Source of the DNA: Octopus sinensis
Lineage: Eukaryota
Length of the DNA: 64,000 nucleotides
Reading direction: 5' to 3'
Assembly: GCF_006345805.1 (NCBI RefSeq)
Contig: NC_042999.1
Span: 166,098,001-166,162,000 of the forward strand
The notes below the pieces were generated by a model. That model ran no database searches and was not told the DNA's origin. It saw only the letters and a program-made list of their open reading frames with translations. A program made the translations under genes and the position numbers. Of this stretch, positions 1-12,275 are shown one piece after another. Every line of letters starts with the position of its first letter. The first letter of the stretch is position 1.

Positions 1-429
1 AACATCAATTTAAATTAATAGAACATCATGCTGATTACGTATTTATTGCTATGTTAAATATATTTACAAAAGGATGCAATATATTTTGTAGTCAATTATC
101 ATTTTCATTGAAGTCTAGTTTCTGTGTGTTTTTCCTTGCTAGGCAACATTACAATGTGTGTGTGTGTGTGCAGCAGGAGCAATCAGGTGCCTATTTACAC
201 AGGTATGGTAGTCAATACTGCTACATATATATAATAATAATAGCTTGCATTTTTATGCTGAGTAAGATTGTTTGATATCGGATTTGGTTGAATAAAGCTC
301 TGGCTTTAACAGTATATCAGTTCAACATTTTCTTTATTTGCTGAGTTTAGAAGAAGGCATAGGGCCCATGACCTTACAAGCGTTCTGAGACCAGAGAGAC
401 TGATGTCATTAATGTTTCGTTTAAATGGT

Positions 430-1010
430 GTAAGGTTAACACCTGCAGGAAAGACATGAAAGGGGATGAGATTTCAGAAGGCAATGGTTTAAAGGTTTAG
501 TATAGGGGTTAGCATGTCCACTCCAAGGGTGAAGAAAGGTGGAAAGAAAAGTGGGATGGGGTGCCTGAGTGTGGATGTAGAAGATCTGTTGGATCTGCAG
601 GGCAGAAGATAGGAAAGACAAAAAGGGGAGAGAAGGGGAGGGGAGACAGCACACCAGCAGGTCTGTAGTCCAGAGACTGGATGTGTCCTTTAGAGATGTA
701 GCACTGATCTGTCGAGAGGTCTTTCTCTGGATGCAATTCAGACTGTAATGAGCATAGCAGCAGCACCATTCGAGATATGGGAGCAGTAAACTACTGTGGA
801 ATTCCGTTGAGGCCTGCAGAGCATTAGCAGTAGTTAGGGGTTGAAATATCCTCTGACTTTAAAGAGAAGGGCTAGTCTTTGGGATGTGGTCTTAACTATG
901 CCAAGGGTATGCTTTCGTCAGGAGAGATCTTTGGAGATAGTGAGGTGTGGCATTTGGAACGATGGTGAAAGCTTGAGTGCCGTTTAGAGATTAAGTGAGA
1001 GTGGGTGTGG
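430..1010 (-). mobile_element. Degenerate CR1/L2/Jockey-group LINE, RT C-terminal region
   Basis: The minus strand yields broken peptides such as IVKTTSQRLALLFKVRGYF and YCSHI, resembling the post-RT region of CR1/L2-group ORF2. Many stops and frameshifts. Confidence 0.45.
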
Positions 1011-1031
1011 TGCAGTGGTGTTTTGGAGATA

Positions 1032-1411
1032 TCTTTTATCTTTCACTTGTTTCAGTCATTTGACTGCGGCCATGCGGGGGCACTGCCTTGGTTTTAATCG
1101 AACAAATTACCCCCAGGACTTTTTTTAAGCGTGGGACTTATTCTAGGTCTCTTTTGACGAACAGATAAGTTACGGGGACACACCAGAACCGGCTGTTGAG
1201 CGGTGGTGGGGGACTAACACATACACAAAGATGGATATATACATACATATATGACGGGCTTCTTTCCTTTTCCGTCTATCAAATTCATTCATATAGCTTT
1301 GGTCGACCTGAGGCTATAGCAGAAGGCACTTGTCGAAGGTGCGAGGCAGAATAAACTTGGAACCATCTGGTTGGAAAGCAAGCGTATTACCACGCAACCA
1401 CGCAAGCGCCT
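1032..1411 (-). mobile_element. Old tRNA-derived SINE (family A)
   Basis: Diverged match to the family A copies at 27287 and 39975 (cttgtttcagtcatttgactgcggccatg ... gaaccatctggttgg). Confidence 0.75.
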
Positions 1412-1882
1412 TAAAAGAGACAAATCTATATCTCTGAAAAATAAAAGTGTACCGTTTTTAAGTACATACAACGAAAGATTACCTTAATGTATATATACGA
1501 CACAGTTCTGAAATTGAAATGTGTATATGTTTCCTAAACCAAAGAAAGTAAAGAGGATTTTAGTTTTTTTAAACTCTAAGTCACTACTGAACAAGCAAAC
1601 CACTTCGATATTTTGGAGGTATGGAGAACTACATGATCTAAAGCGCTCTTTCCTTATTTAAGATAGCAAGGTGTTATTTGCGGGAGATTTCATTGGTATG
1701 TCTAGCAAAGCAAGCAAGTGCACAGAGACTCCTTTGTTCGTAGTTTTATACAAATGTGAAACTCGAGGTAATGCACAGCAAAAATTAAAAAAAAAAAAAG
1801 GAACTGTGACATCAATCCCCAAAGTCAATGAATATCTATAAAACTGTATTAAAATAACTGAGTAAAATATCCAGTTACTCAC

Positions 1883-2000
1883 CGTCGATTTAATACAGAA
1901 AACACAATATTTTGCGGCGGCGGCGGCGGCGAAAGCAATGAGACAACCCCAGTGGTTTCCTGTTCTAAGAACGAATCTCACCGGTGACAATTCTCTTGAT
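1883..2000 (-). other. Probable non-coding first exon of a divergently transcribed gene (5' boundary approximate)
   Basis: Near-consensus minus-strand donor ACG|GTGAGT at 1883/1882, a (GCC)6-type repeat at 1914-1931, and locally CpG-richer sequence. The rest of the gene would lie left of the window. Confidence 0.5.
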
Positions 2001-2312
2001 TAATTCCCCACAGGGGTCAGTGTTTAACAAATTAAATATGTAAAGTATTTGAAAGTTAGTAATAATCTCGAATCAATCGATTATATTGTTTGTCATTAAG
2101 GAAAAGTCGGTGAGTTTGTCCAAAGCAAATAAATGAGTTGACCTCGTGTCAAGTGCTGCTTAGAGTTATCTGCCGCTGACGTTGCTCTGCTCAGTTTCTG
2201 GATCGAGTTCGCTGCGAGCCAAGAGCCTTGGCAAATGTCCCTCCAATTAGTATCGCTCTATTTCGCTACTGGACCCCTCTGACTTGCTTACAAAAGAAGA
2301 TCGGTTTGGAGA
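2000..2312. promoter_or_regulatory. Shared (bidirectional) promoter / 5' UTR region
   Basis: Repeat-free, CpG-containing interval between the divergent donor-bearing exon and the SLC37-like ATG. Confidence 0.45.
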
Positions 2313-2417
2313 ATGTCTTCCGAATTGTCACTGCTACGAAGGAAACAAGTGCTGGTTTTCTGTTTGGGTTGGTTGTCCTATGCTTCGACCTATTTACTGA
2401 GAAAACCTCTCGGGGTG
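2313..2417 (+). CDS. SLC37-like exon 1 (MSSELSLLRRKQVLVFCLGWLSYASTYLLRKPLGV)
   Basis: ATG at 2313, hydrophobic TM1 with the Y..RK motif, donor GTG|GTACGT, phase 0. Confidence 0.9.
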
Positions 2418-5400
2418 GTACGTAATTCACTTCATCTCTTCATTTCTCTTATACACTCGACCGAAAGAAGTTTTAAAATGTTTTGCTTACAAATATTACT
2501 ATACCACATATAAATAAGCATCTTCATCACACAAATATTTGCTCGGTCTTTTTTTGATGTTCATAAATTTAATTGCATCTCACAAGTAATTCACATGAAA
2601 TAATTTTTTCCCAAAAATTTATGATTTACAAACTTTAATCCCATCCAACTTTATTGTGCCTTTGGAATAACTGCCACGACACAGAATTAAATCTCCTTTT
2701 TTTGTCTTCATTCCATATTCTGAAACGCATGTAATTCGCATAAAAAAAAAGATCTAAAAATTAATGTTTTTTATCCTCCTTTTAGTGTGCTTTCGGAATA
2801 GTTTTCACTCTTGAAACAATTTTTTCTCTTATCTTTTATTCTCAATATTTACACAGTTGATTTTTGGTTTTTATGTCCACGTACCTGCTGGACAAATATC
2901 ATGAAACCAAACACAGTCCGCGAAAACACACCCACGTTTCCCGAATAAACGGGACGAATGTATAAACACTTTTTTTTTAAAAATCACTTAATCTGGTTAA
3001 CAAGTTAATATTTTATTTATATTGGCGAAGTTTCGCTTAGCGAAACTTCGCCTTTATATTTAATAAAAGATCTTTTTTAATGACAACACTTTTGCTTTAA
3101 CTTTAATGACGAGGTTGTCACTTGGAAAGGCCTGTAAATAATAATCTTACTGCCGCACTTCTACAAACACGTTTCAAATAGCAATTAACGGTTAATGTTT
3201 ACAATATTACCCCCGGGTAATATTGTAAACATTAACCAAATAAACTAACCCCTGGACAATAATAATTGCATCGACCCCCAAAATGATGAAAGGTAAAGTC
3301 TTCCTCGACGAAATTTGAACTTAGAACGTCAAGACGGACGACGAAATCCCGCTAAGCATTTTGCTCAGCAAAACTATAATAAGGACACACCTACACAATG
3401 TGCCCCTTCTTTGTTTATTCATAACTTTAAGAAAAATGGATATTTAGTAATAAGAATACGCTTCAGATGCTGTAGATTCCGATTATATCGGAATTTTTTT
3501 CAGTGGGTGGGGAGAGGAATTTCAGAAAATTCACAAGAGTCTGCTTTATTTCTTCATAACTTTCAGAAAAATGTGTTTTGTTTTTTTAATGTAATTTTTT
3601 GTTACAAATATCTTTCAGAATACAAGAATCACGATTATATTGGAATTTAACATAGAATAAAAAAAATGGTGGGCATGCATACATACTGACACACCTCACA
3701 GTTTTTTCGAAATTTAAAGTTTCATTTGGTAAATGTATGTTTCGGGGTCGATGAAATGATTACCAGCAAGGCTCAAGGCGTGAAATTTGGTAAATTTTGA
3801 TCCTTTCACCTGCACGATTTTCACTAAAAAAAGAAAAAACTCGGATATGCTGCAAACTCCTTTTTTTGTTCGGAGCCGGAACCCCCATCCCGGAATCATT
3901 GAAATTTTTTTTTACGTTGAATGAATTCCGGTGGCCTCCGAATTTGCTACAAAACCCATTTTTGGGTCCGGAAAACGGGGTGTGGTGAGGAAATTCCACC
4001 CCATACCCATTGATGTTTTCACCTGCACGATTTTCACTAAGGAAAAAATAACAAACAAAAAAGAAACTAGTACCTAGACCTCATAATATGCTGTAAACCC
4101 CGTATTTTTGTTCGGAAAAAAAGGGGTGGGTGGGAAACCGGACCCTCCCCCCATATCCAAGAATCATTGGAAATTCTTTTCTGAATTACGGTAACCTAAT
4201 ATGCTATAAAACCCTTTGGAAAGACTTCCGCCCGTCCCCCCATTTTCTCCCAAATATGTTTATTTTTGTAATTTGTTTTGCCAAAAATTCCTGTTTTCGG
4301 ATATGGGGGTTCTGGAAAATTGCCAAAAATCAGCATTGTGAAATTTTCTCCCTCTTTTCCCTCCCAACTTCTTCAACACTAACCCTAAAACCCTAACTGT
4401 AAGTACAGAAATGTTTTGAAATTTTTGTCCGAATCATGATGTCCGTATTTTTCTGCATATTTAGAAAGAAAAAAAATTCTTAAAAGAAAATTTTACAAGA
4501 TTTTTGGAAATTTAATGATGTGGTTATTAAGTCACTTCAAAAGGCCCATCAATAATAATCTTACTGCCTCTACTAACATGTTTCAGGTAGCAATTAACAG
4601 AAAAATAAACTAACCCCTGGACAATGATAATAATTTCATCAGTAGGAGTGGCTGTGTGGTAAGTAGCTTGTTTACCAACCACATGGTTCCGGGTTCAGTC
4701 CCATTGCATGGCACTTTGGGCAAGTGTCTTCTACTATACCCTCGGGCCAACCAAAGCCTTGTGAGTGGATTTGGTAGACAGAAACTGAAAGAAGCCCGTC
4801 GTATATATGTATATATATGCGTGTTTGTGTGTCTGTGTTTGTCCCCCCAACATCGCTTGACAACTGACGTTGGTGTGTTTATGTCCCCCGTAACTTAGCA
4901 GTTCGGCAAAAGAGACTGATAGAATAAGCACTAGGCTTGCAAAGAATAAGTCCTGGGGTCGATTTGCTCGACTAAAGGTGGTTCTCCAGTAAAAGAGTAA
5001 CCAGAATGTAAAGGGCTGAAAGAATTACCTCCAAGCGCCTTGCCCGACATACTAATGAGTCTATCAAATGTTGATTATGATTCTTTCTGCTACAGACACA
5101 AGGCCTGAAATGTTAGGGGAGGTGTTAGTTGATTACATCCCCAATATTTTCTAGACCCCAAAAGGATGAAAGTAAAAATGAATCTCAGCAGAATTTGAAC
5201 TCAGAATGTAAAGACAGATGAAATGCCAGTAAGCATTTTGCCCTGATTGCTAACGATTCTACCAGCTCACTGCCTTCGATTATAATAATTAAGCCTTTCT
5301 AAAATAAGCTCAAAGCTTGAAGGTTTACATTGACTGCAATACGCAACTGGTCAACAATTTTGTTGAGCTTAAAAGAATGAAAGGCAAAGTTGATCTCTGT

Positions 5401-8400
5401 GGAATTGGTACTCAGAACATAAAGACAGATGAAATGCTGCCAAGCATTTTGTCTGACTTGCTAATGATTCTGCTGTGTTCCCACCTTAACAACAACAATA
5501 ATAATATATCTGGAAACATTTCTAAGAAATTATAAAAAATAAATTTGAAAATACTTAACCAAAGAGAATATTGAATTAATTATATTCCCATTTGATGGCA
5601 TTTGATAAATGAGATTTGAGCATTTCCATAGTCATTCAAGATCCGTGAGTTTATTGTTTCGCTTTCATTATTAGCCCTGCAAATTAAGGTGACAAACTGA
5701 CAGAATTGTTAAAACACAGGACAAAATGCTTTGTGACTTTTCTTCCAGCTTCACATTCTGAGTGCAAATTTTGCCAAGGTCATCTAGGCCTTTCATCCTT
5801 TTAGGATCAGTAAAATAAGTACCAGTTGATTACTGGAGTTGATGTAATCAGCTAGCTGCCTTCCCCCAAATTTCAGGCCATGTATCTATTGTAGAAAAGA
5901 CTAGTCCCACAGATAAAGTGATGAGCTGGCAAAATCGTTAGCATGCTGGACATAATATTTAGCAGCTTTTCTCTTGTCTCTTTACCTTGTGAGCTCAAAT
6001 TCTGCCAAGGGTTGACTTGGCTTTTCGTTCTGTTGGGATCGATAAAATAAGTACCATCTAAACACTTTGGTTTTGACATTGTTGTGTCTCCTCAGCCAAT
6101 GCTACCCCAAACTAATAAACATGATACAAACTTGAATATACCAATCACATATTTATTTTGTTCAGTGATGAAATACAGCAGCCAGTGATAAGCATGTGTG
6201 TGTGTGTTGTAATGTAAGAATTGTAAAGTATATAAAAACAGTCTATTTAGTACAAGCTTTATCTGATAAGTCAATACATTAGGTAGAGTTGGATAAATAT
6301 ATTTATTATATGAAAAGTTGACAGTCTACTTTGATTTTCATCTTTGGCTGTTCACGACTGTCATGTCTGCTGTGGACGGAATTCATAGTCTATGTGTTTA
6401 CATTATTTCTTTTATTTTGATTTTATTTCATGTCCATGTTTTTTGTTCCATGCTACCATGAGCTGGATGATGAGCTACAAAAGCAGTAGTTTTATGATTA
6501 GATGTTCTTGTTGCCAACCTTAAACTGTTTCTTGAGTAAAGTTTATTTATTCCAGAACATTGTGGAAAAACAAAAGCTCATTTATTACAGCCATATTTGA
6601 AGAAGCAAAGGCCTAGAAAACATTATTATGGCAGGAAGAGTGGAGGGTAGTCGATCAAAAGGTAGTCAAAAAAAGCAATGGATGGACAAGATCACGAGCT
6701 GGTTGGACAAGAGTACATCTCACTACCAGACAAATGCTGGGTGCAGTAACTTACTCTTAGCTTAGAACTTCTCCCATAGTTTCTAGGTTGAGAACACAGT
6801 GGTATCTCATCCAGACACAAAGCTGAATGGCATCTCTTTCAATTCTTTTCCTAATCAATTGTGCTATAAGGCTTATTATTTTTATAGCCTTGTCACGGGT
6901 TTATATTTGGCTGTTTTGTCTATGGTACCACTATGGTAGCTGGTTGAGTTAATGAATCAAAATATGTTTCTTGGTTGTATGAAGAAGTAACTGAACAACA
7001 CCCACCAACATTAACAGAAAAATTTATTGTTGCACATAGAGGCAAACGGTGTTGACCATATACAGTTAACAACAGCAATACGTACAGACTGGGAGAGAAG
7101 GAAAAACTGCACTGCATTTGAAGAAGTTACATATGACACAACCTGGAGTTGTCTAATGCAAATGTCTGGCTCTGTCAGATGAAAAGAATAGAGACACATC
7201 ACTCAGCTGCCTTGCCATTCTACTTGGCAAGAGGTGAGACATGTGTATGGGTTGGCTGTTCTCAACACTCTGCTACGAATTTAGACATCAAATGGCTTTT
7301 CTATAGACTAAATTATGCAGCAGCTTGATGCTGACTGGTTACTTAATAGACCAATCACATGAAAATTTTGTGCTTCACCCATGATGTCTGGCTGGTTACT
7401 TAGCAGTTAGGTTTCAAATCACCATCATGGCCTCATTCCATGAGCCTTAGACTATTTGATACTGGGATGGTTGAAGTCACTCAAATGAAGTACACTGATG
7501 CGACAGTCTCATTTAGTTAATACTTTTTCTATCATCCCAAGGGTATTTTGAAATTTACCATCCTGATTAGAGGTGTCTAGTGGACAACGTGGTATTGCTT
7601 TATATGTACTTAAGCAAGGTTCAGTGTGGCAGCAGGACTGTGTTTCATCTTCATGGCAACTTCATTATGATTTATCTTCTCCTGTTAGGGCAAAATATGA
7701 TGCAGTCTGGTGCGTGTCTTTGCATTTGCTGTTGGTTGGGTTTCTGTGAGTGCCATGCAAAATGCTTGATTGCACATGACACAGTCTCTTGAGTAGATAA
7801 GTTTACTTTTGTCATTGATTTTTAAGAGACCCATAAATTGAATAGAATTGGTATGACATTTGGGTTGGTGTCGAATGTGGCCATCCGGGGTTTCTTATTT
7901 GTAGTGGCACCGTGTGTTTGTTGGTGAGTATGGCTTGGACTTTGTCTTTTACAGCCAGGTCATCTATCATACTATCTTACTGGATTGCTCAAAATGGATT
8001 GCTTCTCACTTGATGTATATCACCTTTTTATAGAGTAGGCTGTGTGCAGTGTATCTTCTGGTGGGTGTTTATGCTGTTGTCTTCTGGGTTTTCCTTTTTT
8101 ACTCATGTTGCTGCATTTTTCTTCATCTTTGTTGGTTTTGTGAGCAAGAATTAACCTATTTGGGACTACTCTGACATCACTTGGCAGGATCAAAGCAACA
8201 GTTTTCCGTATTTTCTTTATACCTTTAAGGTAGAACCTACAAGTAATTTGGGCTCCCTCATTTATTTTTCATTTCTAGCCCCTGTCATTTCGTCTCCCTT
8301 TTTGCACCTCTTCATGTTGTTCTTTTTTTCTTTGTTTCACCTTCTTTGGTTTCTTTACTGTCATTGTTGGTCTTCAGTGGTGACATTGAAACCAGTTGTG

Positions 8401-9104
8401 TTTATATTGTTTTTCTTAGAATCTTTCTCACTCAGGATGCTAGCTTGACCTGTTTGGACCTTTCTGGAAACTGTGTGACTAGTTTCTTTGTCTATGCTTT
8501 CACCTTATTCATCTTTGTTATTACAATTTCCTATTTTAACCTTTTTCAACCTTTAAATCATTTATCCTTTTCTTGTTTCAGTCAGAATTTTAGTTGAATG
8601 AATTGATGCCAGTACTTATTTATTTATTTATTTATTTATTTTTTTTTTTGAGCCTGGTAACTTATTCTATTGGTCTCTTTTTTCTGAAACACCAAATTAC
8701 AGAGGCATGAACACACCAAACAGTGGTTGTCAAGCAGTGGTGGGGCATAAACATAGACACAAGCACACATGCGCACACATGTATGACAAGCTTCTTCCAG
8801 TTTCTGCTCATCAAATCCACTCACAAGGCCCATGCTCGGGGTGCTACACAGTGAAACTGAACCTAGAACCATGTAGTTAGGAAGCAAGCTTCTTATCTCA
8901 AAGTCTATAAATATATAAAGTTCCTGTGAAAATACTTTTACCAACTTAATCTATTGAAATGCATAATATCAGAGATGTTTATCTTTTAGGATAGAAAGTT
9001 TTTAACTTGTCCAAAATGCTAAGAGGAATATTTTTTTAATATATAAATCTAACTGCATTAGAATTTTTGCAGTTTTCTTGATGCAAAACTATGTCATCTG
9101 TCTG

Positions 9105-9145
<41 letters not shown>

Positions 9146-12100
9146 CTTTTATATCTCATATAAAAGATTTTAGTTTATGTCATTTTCAACTTTTCATTTA
9201 TGCTATTGTTATTTTTAATCACCAAGGTTGGTCTCATATATTTATGAGTATTTTTGCAGCTATTTTGGGTTTTAGACTTGGCCTCAGTCCATGGTACCTT
9301 GGGCAAGTGTTTACCACTATAGCCTTGAGAAAGCAATACCTTGTGAATGAGATTTGGTATTTGGAAACTATAGGGAAGCCTTTGTGCATTTGTCTCTGCA
9401 TTTATTCTCATTGACATTGGGCTGTGTTTATGTCCCACAACTTAGCTGTTCAATGTGTAAAGACCAATAAAAACAAGTGTTAACAACAGGAAGGACATCA
9501 AATAGTAGAATACTACCTCATAAAGTCTCATCCAACTCATGCCAGCAAAGAAAAAGTGAATGCAAAAATAATGAGGATGAAACAATAAACATTTTGTTCC
9601 TATCTCAAACAGTGGATCATTTTCTCTCTGTTCTCTCAAATTTGGGATTCTAATGTTTAGTATCATTTATATTAAAATCTTTGGCAAAGGCAATAAGCTT
9701 GCCGAAACGTTACCATGCCAGGCAAAATGTTTAGTGACATTTTGTCCATCTTTACATTTTGAGTTCATATACTCCCAAGGATCACTTTGTCTTTCATCCT
9801 TTCGGGGTCATTAAAATAATTACTGGCTGAGTACTGGGATCAATGTAATTGACTTACCAACTCCCCTGAAATAGCTAACCTTCTGCCAAAATTTGAAATC
9901 AGTATTAAAATCTTCAAAGTTAATTCATAGTAAATATGATACATGAATTTTTTATTGCTTTCATTATACTGAAATTTTTGGTTTTTTAAAAATATTTTAA
10001 TTTATTCCAGGTGAAAACAGATTTGGAGCAGTCATTAAATATTCCAAAAGAAAAGCTTGGATGGTTGGACACTGCATTACTGTTACCATATGCTGTCATG
10101 CAGGTTGATCAAGAATTTCATTTTCCATTTGTTTTTGTTGTTTCGTGGTGGTTGTTATCTGACCTGATAAGCAGACTTATGATCAAAAGTGTTCCAATTG
10201 TGACCTCTTTGTTTTATTTCTTCAGCATAGTGCATCTAGAAGTCTATTATTCAGTGTACCCTTCCATTTTTAAGGTAATAGGTGATATCTGAAGGGGATT
10301 TGGCTACCATTTCTTGCAGGTTAAGGAACAAGAAAGAAGCTCCATTGTTAACTGAGGATGATGTTTTAGATTGAAGTCAGCAGATCTGGGGTCAAAGATT
10401 TTCCTTTGGTAAACATCCCTGCCTTTTTTCAGGCACTATCAAGGACTACTTTATACAGTGGAGGCGCAATGGCCCAGTAGTTAGGGCAGCGGACTCGCGG
10501 TCGTAGGATCGCGGTTTCGATTCCCAGACCGGGCGTTGTGAGTGTTTATTGAGCGAAAACACCTAAAAGCTCCACGAGGCTCCGACAGGGGATGGTGGTG
10601 ATCCCTGCTGTATTCTTTCACCACAACTTTCTCTCTCTCTTACTTCCTGTTTCTGTTGTACCTGTATTTCAAAGGGCCGGCCTTGTCACTCTCTGTGTCA
10701 CGCTGAATATCCCCGAGAACTACGTTAAGGGTACACGTGTCTGTGGAGTGCTCAGCCACTTACACGTTAATTTCATGAGCAGGCTGTTCTGTTGATCAGA
10801 TCAACCGGAACCCTCGTCGTCGTAACCGACGGAGTGCTTCCTTAGACTTTATACAATGTGCCTTTTCTGTTTTTAAGGTGGTAGAGTAGAATTTGGAGTT
10901 TATCAGCTATTTCTGGTAGGTCATGTGACTCTGTAGAGTCCCTTTGTTATTATTGTCTTAGTCCCAAGTTGGTCTTGATTGAGTGCAATTGCGATCAAAG
11001 GCCATTCATCTTTTTTAGATCCAGTGCTACTTAAAGCAGTTGCTTGACAGAATTGGTTGAGTGATGCACAAATGCCATGCAATATCTGTCTCGGTTCTTT
11101 GCATTGTAAGTTCAAGTCCTGCCAGGGTCAACTTCATCTTTCATCCTTCTGCAGTCAATTTCTGTGGCTGGCTTCCCTTCTCGTCAGCTGATCACCACTG
11201 ATTAGTTTCATTTAAATGAGAATGCTAGCTAGTTCCAAGCATGAGTAAAAGAGAAGGGTTTTGAGCTAAAGCCTAACAGCCTCTTCTCATAAAAACTAAC
11301 TTGCTACCAGAAACTATCCCCCCCCCCCCAAATAAAACAAATTTTTTTATAGCTCTAAATCTGCTGTAGATTCACCTAAAAAAAACTAGGTCATCAACAA
11401 CATATACCTTTCTCTGTGCATCATCCTGTGATACATCTGGACACATCATCAGTAATCAGGCGTTTCAGGTCTTTCAACATCAGACACTCTCACCCAGGCT
11501 CAGTCTCATCCAGGGCTTGCACCTCTTAATCCAGAGCCACCATGAAGTAACCTATGCTGCCTCCACAGCTAACTAGATGGCCTTCTACCTACCGGCCCTT
11601 GTGATGCCAAACATGCTATGAGCTCTGTTGAGGAACTGGCCTGAAAACCCTCTGTATCTCACCTTGATAGGATCACACCTTGCTTGCCACCCATTGTTTT
11701 GCCATAGCTCCACTAACTGCATATTTTCTAACTCTGCATATGTAGTTCTCCCAGTGAAGAGAGTTCTGACAGAACCACCTGCTTGGATGCTTCTGAGTAT
11801 CATATCTGGCCTTAGTCATGATGAGGTGACATTTTTTGTGAACTTCAGCTGCTTCCTCAGGTCAGCTTTGAGCTCCGAATCATTTGCTGTTGCAAGTAGG
11901 CTCAAGGAGACAGACATAGCAGCTAGCATCATCTTTATGCCAACCATAACAGAAGGGATTCAACTTCTTTGTTGGGTGGTGTCTATTATGATCTTGTAAA
12001 CATGGTTATATCTCCCGCAGTAATGTTCCTTTCCCAGGGCTTTTGAACAGCTTCTGAGGATTTCTCTCCTTGAGCAAGAAGTTTCTCAGTCAGTTGGTCT

Positions 12101-12233
12101 TAAACTCCTCTGTTAAGACTTGGAGGGCCAAGAACTAAGGCCTGGTGAACCCAGTAAATTCATCATTGAACTCATTACTGACTCACTTTGGTGATGCAAT
12201 TTCTGTACATAACTTATGTGGCCTTCACAAACC

Positions 12234-12275
<42 letters not shown>

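Noticed and set aside
2228-2425. ORF-track 65-aa ORF as the gene start
   Set aside because: It starts at TTG, is in a different frame from the transporter, and has no recognisable motif; the 2313 frame splices correctly.
4560-4650. Minus-strand CTGATGA ... GAAAC-AT-GTT as another hammerhead
   Set aside because: CTGATGA is created at a SINE insertion junction and is absent from the sister copy at 3127-3272; no proper stem I or stem II forms.
6900-8560. Possible very old Penelope-like or LINE relic with two hammerhead-like remnants near 7328 and 7380
   Set aside because: The peptide and ribozyme similarities are too degraded to verify by eye.
10458-10540. SINE heads (families A, B, C) as functional tRNA genes
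   Set aside because: A and B boxes are present, but they continue into SINE bodies, lack complete cloverleaves and, in this case, have a TSD.
11440-11500. CTGATG..GAAAC and CTGATGA in the Hero-like 3' UTR as a hammerhead
   Set aside because: The order and spacing leave no room for stem I and a cleavage triplet.
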